A DNA stretch of 64,000 nt. Origin: Candidatus Latescibacterota bacterium (GTDB taxonomy: Bacteria > Latescibacterota > UBA2968 > UBA8231). The stretch spans positions 32,001-96,000 of the forward strand of contig CBDAOB010000002.1 of assembly GCA_965197905.1 (NCBI GenBank), read 5' to 3'. The position numbers and the translations under genes are program-made. The notes under the pieces were generated by a model. The model was not told the origin of the DNA. It was given only the letters and a program-made list of their open reading frames with translations, and searched no databases. Of this stretch, positions 26,634 through 37,796 are shown piece after piece; the stretch's first letter is position 1; the number at the start of each line of letters is the position of its first letter.

Positions 26634-29594
26634 GTGAAGCGGCACTTCATACCCTCTGCAACGACAGCGGCTAGCGCCCCGATTGCTCCCAGCCTGGCGG
26701 TGCTGGTTCTGCTTTTGTGCAGCCCGCTAGGGACCGTGGACCGCTCCCTGGCGGACACCGGGGACCGGGTAGACGTACCGGAGATCGTGGCCAGCCGGCC
26801 TCTGCTGCGCTACGAGCGGCCCGGCTACCGCAACTATGCTTTCAACAATTATTCCAACCCGCCGGATCACAGCCTTCCGTATCGTGATCGGCAGAACGCC
26901 ATCTACAACTCCTTCGGGGATTATCTCCTGACCGGCTATCCGCTGTACGACTGGACCGAACGGCGTACGCCGAACCAGATCTTCGGCAGCAGCATCTCGA
27001 AGGACCTGGGCACCTTCGAGAACGTGATCGACAACCTCGTAGTTGCCCGGGACGGATACGGCGACTGGGGTATCAGCGCGATGATGGGTGATGCGATGAT
27101 CGCTCGCCTGTCCCCACTGACCCTGTCGCGGACCGATTTTAACGGGGCTCGTCTCGATTTTGCCCATCCTTTCCTGAGGATCTCTCTCCTGGGGTCGCGC
27201 ATCGAAAAACCCACAGACGCCAGATCTTCGGACGGATCGAATTTTTACAACGACTCAACCACCTTCAGAGAGGGCCGTATCTTCACCTTCTTCGCCGACG
27301 GCAGCGTGCTGCTGCTGGGCAGCAGGCTCGAGGCCGACCTGGGTATGCTACGCCTGGGTCTGAATGGCACCAACATCCATCTCTACCAGAGCACGCGAAG
27401 CGGTGGCAGTACACTCAAGGGGGTTGTCCACCCCAAACAGCCCCTCCTGGATTGGGTAGTTGTACGTTTTTCCGACGATTCCCCCGAAGATGGCCGCGGC
27501 GGCCCCGTAGTCCACGAGGTGCTGCTCATTATCAACGGCGAGCCGCGTCCCGACATCACCCCCGGCTTGGTCCGGCGTCGCGCAGGGCTGGACACCCAGG
27601 TCGGCACTATTTCTCAGCGCACGGGCGTGTTTCGTCCCATCATCTACGACAACCCCAGAGCGGCAAGGGGCGGCGGTTCGAGAGCGAGCGGCATATTCTA
27701 TCGGGGCCGGAATGACCTTCCGCTCTATGCCGACTACATGTATCGCCTCAACCACGAGGCGGGAATCGATGTCAGCGATATCACCAACTTGAAAGGGTTG
27801 CTGGCGAACCTCGAGGTGTTGTCGCCCGACGCGATTCATCAAGCCGACGGCGATGAACAACTCGTCTACCTCTTTGACCTCTCCGGTGAGCCGATTGTGC
27901 GCTCGGTGGAGGTTCAGGCGATGGTGGCAAACGACTACCGCATCGACGTAGCGACCCTGTCGGAACCGGACCCCGGCGCCCCGAACCTCACGCGTCAGTT
28001 CAAGAGCACTTTCTACCGCACTGCAAAGCGGGCGAAGGAAAACGTGCGCGACCTCTCCAATCTCGGGCAGTTACGTTTCGGGGTGGGGGAGCAGACCGGA
28101 CTGTTCACCTACAGCAGTGATTTCAATCTGCAGTTTGCGGGCGCAGAATTCAACGGAGAATTCGCGCGCTCAGCTCTGTACTCCCGTTTCCCTGCCCGCC
28201 AGGATAGGGAAGCGATCTACAGCAAAGCCCCTGCTTTTTCCGAGCGCGGGAGCGCCTACTACATAAACGGGACGCGATGGCTCGGCCGCTGGCAGTTCGG
28301 TGGCGAGCTGTTTGCCATGAACCCCGACTACCAGACGACCCTGCGCACCTACCAGGAGGATACCTTCGTTTGCTGCTATGCGGGCAAGTGGGGCGGCATG
28401 GTGAACGAGACCCTGTATTGGGATCTCATACAGGACAACGAAGACGGTGACGCGTATCCTGATCGGCGTCCTGGCGAGCTACTGGCGCTGCCGATTGACG
28501 ATTTCGGCGATGATCGTAACGGAGTGTTGATCGGCCTGGACGAGGATCAGGACGGCGTGCCCGACACCGACCGAAATTTCAATCAAGTGCCGGATTACAA
28601 CGAACCTTTCCTGTTATACAGCGTCGAGGCGAACGAATACGTCTACGGGCTCGACCGCAACAACAACGACGAGCCCGATGCGCGCGAGGACGATCTGGAT
28701 TGGGACTATCCCTACGACCTGGACCAGGGCGGCTACCATTTCTTCGGCCGCTACAAACTGACCGATCATTGGTCGGCCACCTTCGGCCGACACGACGTCG
28801 ACCAGATTGCCGGCGCCGGTCAGAACAGGTCCACCTACGGCATGGTCGACTATCGCCGGCAGAACCTCTCCGGGCGCCAGAAGGTTTTCATCGAGAACCA
28901 CTTCCGCCGGGTCCGGGACGACGTTCCCGACGAGTACACCGATCACAACGAGCGCTCGACCTCCGGGCAGAGGGTGGTGCGGGTGGATCAGCTGCTGTAC
29001 CGGGACAGCTACGTCAACGAGTCCTATCTGGAAGCCTGGATCAGCCCCTGGCGGAGCGTGAGTCTGGTGCAGAAGCTGCGCTGGCGCATCAACTGGCAGC
29101 AGCGGTTTCTGCGACCCGGCACCGCGCAGCGGGAGCGCCGGCTCGATTTCACCTCCATCGTTAGCCGCGCCGAGTATCGCTACAGCGTGGGCGACCTAGA
29201 CCTGACCGCGCAATTCAAGTACCTGAGGTTGCGTCTGCGCGACCGCAACGCCGATCGATCCCTGCGATTCGAGGAGAGTGTTATTCCGATCCTGAAGGGT
29301 GAATTTCCGCTGCTCTCCCGCACCTCTCTGCGCTTCGGTGTCGAGGGATGGGGGCCATTTCCGTACTCCTTCGAGGAGCAAGGCCGCGCGAGCGACAGTT
29401 TCGAGCGGCGTACCGCCTTCATCACCATGACCAACCGCACCGCCTACTTTGGCTACGATCTGTATACGATCTTCGGTTTTAGCAAGGACAAGCAGAAGTT
29501 CGATAGTCCGTTGCAGCGCGATCGCTCCATCGACACCTGGGGGTTCTTCATCCGCGGGCTCATCGGCTTCACCGAATACGGCGATCTGATCTGA
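26634..29594 (+). CDS. Large hypothetical protein, probable outer-membrane beta-barrel with acidic Ca-binding-like loops
   Basis: Signal-like N-terminus, many alternating aromatic beta-strands, DxDxDGxPD-like repeats. Confidence 0.75.
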   Translation: MKRHFIPSATTAASAPIAPSLAVLVLLLCSPLGTVDRSLADTGDRVDVPEIVASRPLLRYERPGYRNYAFNNYSNPPDHSLPYRDRQNAIYNSFGDYLLTGYPLYDWTERRTPNQIFGSSISKDLGTFENVIDNLVVARDGYGDWGISAMMGDAMIARLSPLTLSRTDFNGARLDFAHPFLRISLLGSRIEKPTDARSSDGSNFYNDSTTFREGRIFTFFADGSVLLLGSRLEADLGMLRLGLNGTNIHLYQSTRSGGSTLKGVVHPKQPLLDWVVVRFSDDSPEDGRGGPVVHEVLLIINGEPRPDITPGLVRRRAGLDTQVGTISQRTGVFRPIIYDNPRAARGGGSRASGIFYRGRNDLPLYADYMYRLNHEAGIDVSDITNLKGLLANLEVLSPDAIHQADGDEQLVYLFDLSGEPIVRSVEVQAMVANDYRIDVATLSEPDPGAPNLTRQFKSTFYRTAKRAKENVRDLSNLGQLRFGVGEQTGLFTYSSDFNLQFAGAEFNGEFARSALYSRFPARQDREAIYSKAPAFSERGSAYYINGTRWLGRWQFGGELFAMNPDYQTTLRTYQEDTFVCCYAGKWGGMVNETLYWDLIQDNEDGDAYPDRRPGELLALPIDDFGDDRNGVLIGLDEDQDGVPDTDRNFNQVPDYNEPFLLYSVEANEYVYGLDRNNNDEPDAREDDLDWDYPYDLDQGGYHFFGRYKLTDHWSATFGRHDVDQIAGAGQNRSTYGMVDYRRQNLSGRQKVFIENHFRRVRDDVPDEYTDHNERSTSGQRVVRVDQLLYRDSYVNESYLEAWISPWRSVSLVQKLRWRINWQQRFLRPGTAQRERRLDFTSIVSRAEYRYSVGDLDLTAQFKYLRLRLRDRNADRSLRFEESVIPILKGEFPLLSRTSLRFGVEGWGPFPYSFEEQGRASDSFERRTAFITMTNRTAYFGYDLYTIFGFSKDKQKFDSPLQRDRSIDTWGFFIRGLIGFTEYGDLI

Positions 29595-29626
29595 GAAGCG
29601 CGTCAAAAGCGCGGCGATCAGTTCGG

Positions 29627-30820
29627 TTATTCGGTGGCGCCGGCCAGTTCCAGTCCCCGTAGCGCATTTTCGTTTTTCGGGTCGATCTCCAGCGCCCTCC
29701 TGAAGGCGCGTGCGGCCAGCTCTGTTTTGCGATTCTCGGCGTAGAGCTTACCGAGCTTGATCTGGGTGCCGGCGTCCTCGGGGTTGTACCGCAGGTAAGT
29801 GGTGTAGCGCCGCACCGTTTTCAGATAGTCGGTCAGCTGCTGAAACCGTCGCAGGTGTCTTTCCCCTTCGGCAGATTTGCCGCTGCGCCAGTAGGCTTGT
29901 CCAAGGGCGTAATACGCCTGGGCCTGTTGCGGATCCGCGGCAATTGAACGTTCCAGGTGGTCTATCGCCTCGTGGTAACGCTTTTCGTTGTTGAGAATCA
30001 ATCCCAGCTTGTAATGTGCGTCGCCGTACGAGGAATCGAGCTCGATGGCGCGCCGCAAATGACTGGTGGCTTCGGCGGCGCGGTTCTGGTGGTGCCGTAT
30101 CAGCGCCAGGTGGTGGTGTGCTTTGGGTTGTCCGCGCGGATCGAGCTCGATGGCTCTCCTGAAATAGACTTCTGCCTTTTCATCGAGGCCCTGGCGCGCA
30201 TAGACCAGCCCCAGGTTGTACTGAACCGTCGGATGTTTCGGGTTGAGTGCCAGCGCCTTTTGGTAGATCGAGATCGCTTTGGATTGCTGGCCCATACGGG
30301 AGTAGGCGTTGGCGAGATTGCTGTGCGCCGATACAGAGCGCGGAAACTGCGTTAATGCCTGAGTGTTTAGCTCGATGGCTTCGGTGAACATCTCCTCGTC
30401 GAAATACAGCTCTGTGAGATGGAAATACGGAGCCTCGTTATTGGGCGCGGCCGCGATCGCCTTGTGAAAGTACGGCACGGCTTCCTCGAGCTTGCCAGAC
30501 TGTCGGAGTTTTTGGCCCGATTCCAGATAAAACCCATACGTAAACCCTTCAAGAGCCACCGCCTTGATGAAGGACTGGCTAGCTTCGGTAAACCTTTTTT
30601 GCCGGAGTCGAACCGAGCCCAACTGCGTGAGTACCTGCGGCAGCTTCGGATCTATATGGAGGGCCTGGAGAAAGGATTGTGCCGCCTCTTCCAGCTGTCC
30701 CTGCTGTCGATGAATCTCGCCCTGGCGAATCAGGAGCTCCACCTGGTCTGTGTTCGAGTCGGAACAAGCCAACAGCGAACAAAAAACGCAGATTGCGGTG
30801 ACCCGAAGTATATCGGCCAT
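29627..30820 (-). CDS. TPR-repeat lipoprotein
   Basis: LLAC lipobox after ATG 30820, followed by many A..Y..A(L/I)..DP TPR repeats. Confidence 0.88.
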   Translation of the reverse strand: MADILRVTAICVFCSLLACSDSNTDQVELLIRQGEIHRQQGQLEEAAQSFLQALHIDPKLPQVLTQLGSVRLRQKRFTEASQSFIKAVALEGFTYGFYLESGQKLRQSGKLEEAVPYFHKAIAAAPNNEAPYFHLTELYFDEEMFTEAIELNTQALTQFPRSVSAHSNLANAYSRMGQQSKAISIYQKALALNPKHPTVQYNLGLVYARQGLDEKAEVYFRRAIELDPRGQPKAHHHLALIRHHQNRAAEATSHLRRAIELDSSYGDAHYKLGLILNNEKRYHEAIDHLERSIAADPQQAQAYYALGQAYWRSGKSAEGERHLRRFQQLTDYLKTVRRYTTYLRYNPEDAGTQIKLGKLYAENRKTELAARAFRRALEIDPKNENALRGLELAGATE

Positions 30821-30881
30821 CGACAAACTGACAGAGTTATCCACATACCATGGTGCTCGACAGCTGCTGCGACTCACTGGG

Positions 30882-32666
30882 CTATCGTTGGCCTGACCCA
30901 CGAACGGCCCCGCGCTCTTCAACTACCGTCAGAATTTGATTGGCGCTCACGTTTTGCAGCGTTTCCAGCTCGCCATTGGGCCACCTTACGTTAACCGAAT
31001 CGGCAAACGCCCAATTGCCCAGTCCAAAATTCAGTCTCAGATCGCTCTGGGAGAGATAGCTGCCGCCGCTCTTTACCTCCGCCATTTGTCGGTTGTCTGC
31101 AGCATATACGATGACTCGGGCTCCCAGGGCCGATCGGTTGCTGCCGCCACCCACCAGTTTTATGGTGAGCCAATTGTTGCGTGTGGCGGTCTCGTTGTGC
31201 AACAAGGTTAAGGGTCCGTTGGTCGCCGCGAGAAGGATGTCCACCGCGCCGTCATTATCATAATCTCCAAAGGCGGCGCCACGGCCAACGCGGGCAACTG
31301 GTAGCTCGTCACCTGCCCTGCTGACATCTTCGAAGGTGTAAACTCCGCCATGCGGCCCCTCGTTTCTCAACAGCAAGGCAGGTTGGGCATGGGCGGAGAG
31401 TTTGTCGAACAGCTCTATATTGTCCAGCACATGGCCGTTCGTATTAAACAGATCCCAATACCCATCCCGGTCGACATCCAGGAATCCCCCACCCCAGCCC
31501 AGCAGCCGCAGGCTCGGCGCCCCCACCGCCGAACGGAAAGAGACATTCGTGAAGAATCCATTCCCTTCGTTCTCGTAGAGAGCGTTGGGTTCCCCCTGAA
31601 AGTTGGTCACCCAGATGTCCAGATGTTGATCGTTGTTGTAGTCGCCGAGATCGACACCCATCCCGGCTTCGGTGCGCCCATCCTCTCCGTATCCGACGCC
31701 AGCGATCAGGGCATTGTCGACAAACGTGCCGTGGCCATTGTTGAGGTAGAGGAAGTTTGGGGTGTTGTCATTTGCCACGTACAGGTCGGGATCGCCGTCG
31801 TTGTCGCAATCTCCCCATACCACACCGAGTCCCTTTCCATCGGTGTTGTAGAGATTTGCTTCCCGGGTCGCGTCCGCAAACAGACCCCCATCGTTGCGGT
31901 AGAGAACGTCGTCGACGCCGGAAAAGCTGTCCGGGTGGGGATAGGCCTTCAATTTTCGGAGCTGCGGCCCCAGATTCTCTGTGTTTTCCATGGAGATATA
32001 CGGCATGAATGTCTGCTCTGAATCCTCCAGGGAGTAGTCGACGTAGTTTGCGACGTAGAGATCCAGATCCCCATCCAGGTCGTAATCCGCGAACGCGCAA
32101 CCAGTTCCCCACCGTTGGTCGCCTACCTGCGCTTCTTCCGTAACATCGGAAAGTCCGTCACCTGCGGTGTTTTGATAGAGCACGTTCATGCCGTAGTTGG
32201 TGACGTAGAGATCGTCGAAGCCGTCGCTGTTGAAATCACCGATGCAACAGCCCATGCCGTAGCCGACTCGCTCCGCCTCAATTCCGCCTCGATTCGAAAT
32301 GTTTTCGAACGTGCCGTTGGCGAGATTCCTGTATAGCCCATCCTTTGGGGGTCGGTCGGAGGCCGTAGGAAGAGAATGACCATTGGCGGCGAAGATATCG
32401 ATCTGACCGTCGCTGTCGAAATCCCAGAAAGCACAACCGGGTCCCATCGTTTCCACAAAGTATTTCTTCACATTCGCTTCATTGGCGCCGTTGGCGTGGC
32501 GAAAATCAATGCCGGACGATCCGGTGACGTCCCGGAAGCGTATCGAGTCGGCGTGAAGTCCGAAAGCCGAGCACCACAACACGACGCAACACAGAATCCA
32601 GCAAATTCGGGTGCGGGAACGTTCACCAGCGCGAGGCCCCACGATTCGCGCGCTGCGGGCGGGCAT
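30882..32666 (-). CDS. CRTAC1-family (FG-GAP/VCBS plus ASPIC/UnbV) protein; start uncertain
   Basis: DxDxDGxxD repeats, EAGMGVD, RGAAFGDYDNDG, SGGSYLSQSDLRLNFGLG. Confidence 0.92.
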   Translation of the reverse strand: MPARSARIVGPRAGERSRTRICWILCCVVLWCSAFGLHADSIRFRDVTGSSGIDFRHANGANEANVKKYFVETMGPGCAFWDFDSDGQIDIFAANGHSLPTASDRPPKDGLYRNLANGTFENISNRGGIEAERVGYGMGCCIGDFNSDGFDDLYVTNYGMNVLYQNTAGDGLSDVTEEAQVGDQRWGTGCAFADYDLDGDLDLYVANYVDYSLEDSEQTFMPYISMENTENLGPQLRKLKAYPHPDSFSGVDDVLYRNDGGLFADATREANLYNTDGKGLGVVWGDCDNDGDPDLYVANDNTPNFLYLNNGHGTFVDNALIAGVGYGEDGRTEAGMGVDLGDYNNDQHLDIWVTNFQGEPNALYENEGNGFFTNVSFRSAVGAPSLRLLGWGGGFLDVDRDGYWDLFNTNGHVLDNIELFDKLSAHAQPALLLRNEGPHGGVYTFEDVSRAGDELPVARVGRGAAFGDYDNDGAVDILLAATNGPLTLLHNETATRNNWLTIKLVGGGSNRSALGARVIVYAADNRQMAEVKSGGSYLSQSDLRLNFGLGNWAFADSVNVRWPNGELETLQNVSANQILTVVEERGAVRGSGQR

Positions 32667-32748
32667 AGATTCAACTGCTGTCGACAGAGCCGCCGCAAAG
32701 AAAGAAATCCGGGGCTCAAAGGCCTCGGCGACAGCCGAACCGAACCTG

Positions 32749-35162
32749 CTACCCACGGGAAAACTCGTAACTGGAACCGACGCTCGTATCGAAACAGACG
32801 ATGCCGCCGGCTTCAACCGCGGTTCCGACGGGATCGCCGTCCTTGGTCACGAGCACCGCGCCACTCCACGGCGGGTGCAGGCGGCAGCGCTGCCCGGCTT
32901 CGCTGGTCATCTTCAGGGACACAACCTGACCATCCCTGAATTCGGCGCTCACCAGGAACGCCCCTCGGCGCGGAAGCTCTCGAAGCGAGCATTGACCTCT
33001 TTGGGCCATTGCGAAAACAGCCGAATCGCGCCGTCCCAGCTCTGCAACATCATCTCCTGGAGCGGGGCGAACATGCTTTCCGACTCGCCGTAAAGGCCGG
33101 TATGACCGAGGCCCTGCTGTGACATGGCCGGCATCGAACCGTTCGACAGCCGCATCCGCTCTATGAGGTTTCGGTACCGCGGGTAGTCGCGCTCCGGCTC
33201 GAAAGCCCGGTTGCGCATGTGGATGAACATCTGCCAGGGAATCTGGGCGGAGCTGATGGAACCCCAGCGCCCTCCCCGCTTGTCCTGCAGACAACGGCAC
33301 TGGTCGCCCGGCCGGGGGAAGTCGTAGCCCACATCCCAGGCTTGGAACTCAGGGGGATTCAGGCGATAGCGCTCCTTCTCCTCGTCGGTCAACCCGATGT
33401 CGTCCAGATCGTCCACCACCACCAGATGATCGTGGACCTCCTCCCATTCCCGGCGCAGGTCCGCATCGAGGTTGAGCAGCTTGCTCGCCTCGATGGTGGT
33501 CATTAAACAAAAACGGGCATGGCGGATGCCCTGAGGTTGATCGGTGAATTTCTCGGTCGTGCCGTCGAACACCGCCTCTCCCTGCAGCGAAGGAAAAGCA
33601 TGATAACAGCCATCGTCCCATTTCTCCAGGAAATCGGCGTAGAATAAGGCGCAGTCGCGCATGACCGGGTAACCGTAACTGCGCAGCCAATCCAGATCCT
33701 GGTAATAGAGGTAACGATTCCAGTAGTGGTTGGAGATCCACCCGGTCATGTAGGTCATGCGGGCCAACGGGCCGGTGCCGTACGGGTCGCCGGCGACGGG
33801 AAACGGATACCCGGTGAGGTGGATGAATGTGCCGCGGCAGTTCCAGTATTTCGCCGCCAGCTCGCGGCCCAGATCCACCATGTGCCGCATGCCTGGGAAA
33901 AAGGCGTCTCCCAGATCGGCATGGTTGGCGGTATAATCGCCCCAGAACGGCTCCTGGTAGTTGTAGTTGGTGTGGATGTCTCCGTGCCACAGGGAGTAGT
34001 CGTGGATGGTGCTGGGCATGGCGAGGCCCGGCGCGATGACGTCGGCGCGGTAGGAGCAGCGGCGCAGATGCAGCTGTTCGTACCACATGTTCTCCATTAG
34101 CCGGTCATCCAGGGCGAGGCTCGATCGGCTCCAGAAGGCGCGTGCGCTGCGGCGATTGGCGTTGGCCCATTTGCGCATGGCTCGTCCGAAGTCGTCACCT
34201 ACCCCCTTCAGCACCCGGTCCAACTCACCTTCGACACCGCCCTTGTCCGAGCTGGTGGGAACCACAACCGCGGCTTCTCCTTCCATCAACTCGCCATCCG
34301 CGGGCAAGAGGTGGAGGGCTGCCCAGCCGCTGCCAAAGGTGTCGCACTCCTCAACGTTCAGACCCGAGGCGAACGGTGTCATGGCATAACGGAATCCGTC
34401 CTCGTATTCCAAATCCGGGTAGAAGGTCTGCTCCACTGACACGCGGCCACAGATCTCTTTCACGGTTGGGGTTGGCAACGGGGTCGATTTTCCCGCGTCC
34501 ACGCAGGCCGCGTAGTTGTGTGGATACTTCGCACGTATGTTCATCTTGGTGGCAAACTCGGCGATGGTGGGGTCGGGCCAGCGGTACAACGTGAACCAGA
34601 CAGGTGGGCGCCCGTCCGTGCAGGTTTCGTCGGTCCAGTTGACCAGCTTCCATCTGATCGCCAGGGCGTTCGGGGCCGGAGACACGAAGCAATTGAGATC
34701 GATGCCGGCGCCGGACTGCCAGCGTAGCCGGATGTCCACGACGCCTTTCTCGATGCTGAGCTTCTGCCGCATCTTCAAGCCGCGCTGATCCACCGGCAGG
34801 TGCAGGGCGAGCTCGCCCACTGGCTTGGGGCAGGGATACGGACGCCGGGCATAGGCTGGCCAGCCGTTGCAGAGCTCCTCCATCCTCTGCGGGTCGCTCA
34901 CTGTTCCCAGAGCTGACGCATCGGCATTCACGTAGCCGTGGGTCACCCACTTTTCGTCGCGAATGCCGCGGGCCAGCTCCTCGATGTGCGCCGGCTCCGG
35001 ACAGTCGCTGAGATCCAGCCGTCGATCCCACACATCATTCTTGCCAAAGCGCCATATCAGCAGGTCTTCCGTCTGGTAGATGCTGGCGGCGAGGTCCCCA
35101 TTGCCGAGCATGAGCCCGTTTTCCGGCTCGCCCACCCGTTCTTTGATTTCCACCGCGTGCAT
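32749..35162 (-). pseudogene. GH95-like glycoside hydrolase with a 1-nt frameshift near 32962 (real or assembly error)
   Basis: LGNGD, WHGDIHTNYNYQ, EMMLQS. FRAEG continues as AFLVSAE in another frame, as in the paralog at 53788. Confidence 0.8.
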
Positions 35163-35358
35163 TCTCCTCCTCCCAGTAGTTATCTCGGCCACAAGATTTG
35201 ACAAACCGCATGTAGTAATGGAAATCTAACAGTGAATCAGCATCTTGACGGGGCCTATGGCAAAATGGGATCGCACCGAGCCCGCCCCGCAGCAGGACAA
35301 ACGTGCTTGATGAAACACAAAACTATAGACAGATTCCACTCAACAAGGAGAATTCCTT

Positions 35359-35631
35359 ATGGATCTGCAGACAAAATACGATACCCTCGGCCGCATCTTG
35401 AAACACACCTGGGAGGATACCCTTCCCGACAAGGAGACGGCGGCGGCGATGGGAGAGTGTCTCGTCGATATAGGCGTCGACGAAAAACGCGTAAACTCGG
35501 TCGGCAACCAGCTAATGTGGTATCAGGCTCGAGTCGCCGAACTCACCGGCGAGCTGAAGCAATGCCTAGCAGGGAGCCCGAGCGACAACGCGCCGAAAGC
35601 GGTCGAGAAAGCGGAAGCGGGCGTACCGTGA
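35359..35631 (+). CDS. Small hypothetical protein (90 aa)
   Basis: AAGGAG RBS. Its stop overlaps the next start (GTGA). Confidence 0.7.
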   Translation: MDLQTKYDTLGRILKHTWEDTLPDKETAAAMGECLVDIGVDEKRVNSVGNQLMWYQARVAELTGELKQCLAGSPSDNAPKAVEKAEAGVP

Positions 35632-36938
35632 TTGCTGGACGACAGCCACAACTCGTGAAACCGAAACTGTTCGAGACCCACGCCCATGCGCTCGAACATG
35701 CAGACGCGCCGGTCGTCAAACCGTGGCGCCACCTGGTCTTCGAGCCGGAATACGCGGCAAACTTCATGGTTGCGGGTGATGTTGACGGCGACGGAGAGGT
35801 CGAGATCGTAGGCGCGCGCAATGCCGCCTCGAGCGACGGCCATTACGTCACCTCGGTCAGTGCCCACAAGCTGGACGGCAGCCGGCTCTGGACGTGGGGA
35901 CCGGTGGGCGCCGGCAGCTACTACCTGGGGTACGACGTCGCCTGCCAGCTGCACGACTGGGATGGAGACGGTCGGCTCGAAGTCGTCTTCTGTACCAAAG
36001 ACCATTTGGTGGAGGTGGATGGCGCCACCGGCGAAGAGCGCCGGCGTTTTCCGATTCCAAAGGATGCCTTCGACGTGGTGCTGTTTGTCAATCTCAGCGG
36101 CAGCGAGTACGCCCAGGAGGTGGTGGTCAAGACGCGGTATAGGGAGATCTGGGCTTTCGATCGGGACGGCCACGAGCTCTGGTATATCAAGGACCCCTGC
36201 AACCATCGCACCGCGCACCAGCCGTTTCCCATCGATATCGACAACGACGGACGGGAGGAGCTGGTCGTCGGATATGCTATGCTGAATCCGGACGGCAAGG
36301 TGCGCTGGCAGATGCGGGGCCTGGGTTTGGAACACTTGACCCATGACGGCGGCCACCTGGACTGCGCCCGCGTTTTGCGTCGCGGGGACACGCCGGCGGA
36401 CACCTACATAGCGGTAACCGGTTGTGGCCATGACTTCATGGCCGCCGTGGATGGGGAAGGGAATGCGGTGTGGAATCTGGATCGCCCCCATTTCGAATCG
36501 ATCGACGTCGGCAGGATCTGTCCCGACGAAGGTGGGGTGCAGATCGTCGTAGATCTCTCCAAGACGCAGCACGGTGACGAGCCGATCTGGATCGTACACG
36601 AAAATGGCGAGCTGCTGGGTCAGATCATGACCTACGGCTGCCGCTTCCACTTCCCGATCGACTGGCACGGCAACGGCGTAGAATCGATCGTGATCGGCCA
36701 CATCGGCGCGATCTTCGACGGCGCCGGCAAGAAAGTCGCCCACTTGGAAACACCGGCGTCGTGGTCCGGGGACAAGGCGATCTGCCACTGCGGCGACATG
36801 GACGGAGACGGGATTCCGGACGTGGTACTGGGCAGCCCGGATGGATCCGAGCTCTGCATCTATCGGAACGAGAACGGCGGTCCGGGCAGCCAGCCGCCGG
36901 TACGTCATTTCACCCACGTCAACTACACGATGTATTGA
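35628..36938 (+). CDS. FG-GAP beta-propeller protein, rhamnogalacturonan-lyase (PL11)-like
   Basis: GDVDGDGEVEI, HDWDGDG, TAHQP...DIDNDGREE, GHLD. GTG coupled to the upstream stop. Confidence 0.75.
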   Translation: MIAGRQPQLVKPKLFETHAHALEHADAPVVKPWRHLVFEPEYAANFMVAGDVDGDGEVEIVGARNAASSDGHYVTSVSAHKLDGSRLWTWGPVGAGSYYLGYDVACQLHDWDGDGRLEVVFCTKDHLVEVDGATGEERRRFPIPKDAFDVVLFVNLSGSEYAQEVVVKTRYREIWAFDRDGHELWYIKDPCNHRTAHQPFPIDIDNDGREELVVGYAMLNPDGKVRWQMRGLGLEHLTHDGGHLDCARVLRRGDTPADTYIAVTGCGHDFMAAVDGEGNAVWNLDRPHFESIDVGRICPDEGGVQIVVDLSKTQHGDEPIWIVHENGELLGQIMTYGCRFHFPIDWHGNGVESIVIGHIGAIFDGAGKKVAHLETPASWSGDKAICHCGDMDGDGIPDVVLGSPDGSELCIYRNENGGPGSQPPVRHFTHVNYTMY

Positions 36939-36950
36939 ATCGAGGAGCTC

Positions 36951-37796
36951 ATGCAGATTTCCATCGCGACGGATTTTGGTGGCAGCGGCATCGGTGATCC
37001 CTCGCCGCAACTGCGGCAGGTTGCGGATGCCGGGTTTTCGCATGTGCACTGGTGCCAGGAGTATTACACCGACTACTTCTACACCCAGGAGGATATCGCC
37101 CAGATACGTGGCTGGTTCGACGAATTCGGCTTGCGCATGTTCGACCTCCACGGGACGGGTACCGCGGATTACGACTGGACCTCAATCGACGAGAACAAAC
37201 GGCAGGCCGGGGTCGAGCTGCTCAAGAACCGGCTGGATTTCGTTGCCCAACTGGGTGACCCCGGCGGCTCGGTGGTGATGCACCTGGGCATGGCGGGTGT
37301 GGGCGGCACTTCTCTAAGGCAACCGGGGGCGACCCAGGTGCGCAGATCGATCGATGATATCGAGGAGTTCTGCCTGGAGCGGAACGTCTTCCTGGCCCTG
37401 GAGAATTCCAAGAACTTCGCCATTCTGAGACAGTTCCTTGCCTCCTACGGCCCTGAATATGTCGGTCTCTGTTTCGACTCGGGACACAGCAATCTGCCGG
37501 CGCAGAACGGCCTGGACCACCTGGAGGACCTGAAGGATCGCCTGATCGCCGTACATCTGCACGACAACAACTCCAAAGGTGACTTCCACCAGCCCCTCTT
37601 CTTGGGCACCGTCGACTGGGAACGGCTGGCCGGTCTGCTGGCGCGCTCATCCTACTCGAAATGCCTCACACACGAGGTGTCGATGGAGTTCTCCGGCACC
37701 GACGACGTGCCCACTTTTCTCCGCATCGTCCAGGACGGCGGCGTTCGATTCGAGGACATGATTGCCAAACATCGTGCCTCCGCCAGCAGTAATTGA
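36951..37796 (+). CDS. Sugar-phosphate isomerase/epimerase (AP endonuclease 2 TIM barrel)
   Basis: LALEN, CFDSGH, VHLHDN, DFHQP. Confidence 0.9.
   Translation: MQISIATDFGGSGIGDPSPQLRQVADAGFSHVHWCQEYYTDYFYTQEDIAQIRGWFDEFGLRMFDLHGTGTADYDWTSIDENKRQAGVELLKNRLDFVAQLGDPGGSVVMHLGMAGVGGTSLRQPGATQVRRSIDDIEEFCLERNVFLALENSKNFAILRQFLASYGPEYVGLCFDSGHSNLPAQNGLDHLEDLKDRLIAVHLHDNNSKGDFHQPLFLGTVDWERLAGLLARSSYSKCLTHEVSMEFSGTDDVPTFLRIVQDGGVRFEDMIAKHRASASSN

Noticed and set aside
35523..37151. Long antisense ORFs (also 50190-51275, 51687-53027, 25153-26298, 55987-57012)
   Set aside because: High-GC shadows opposite well-supported genes.
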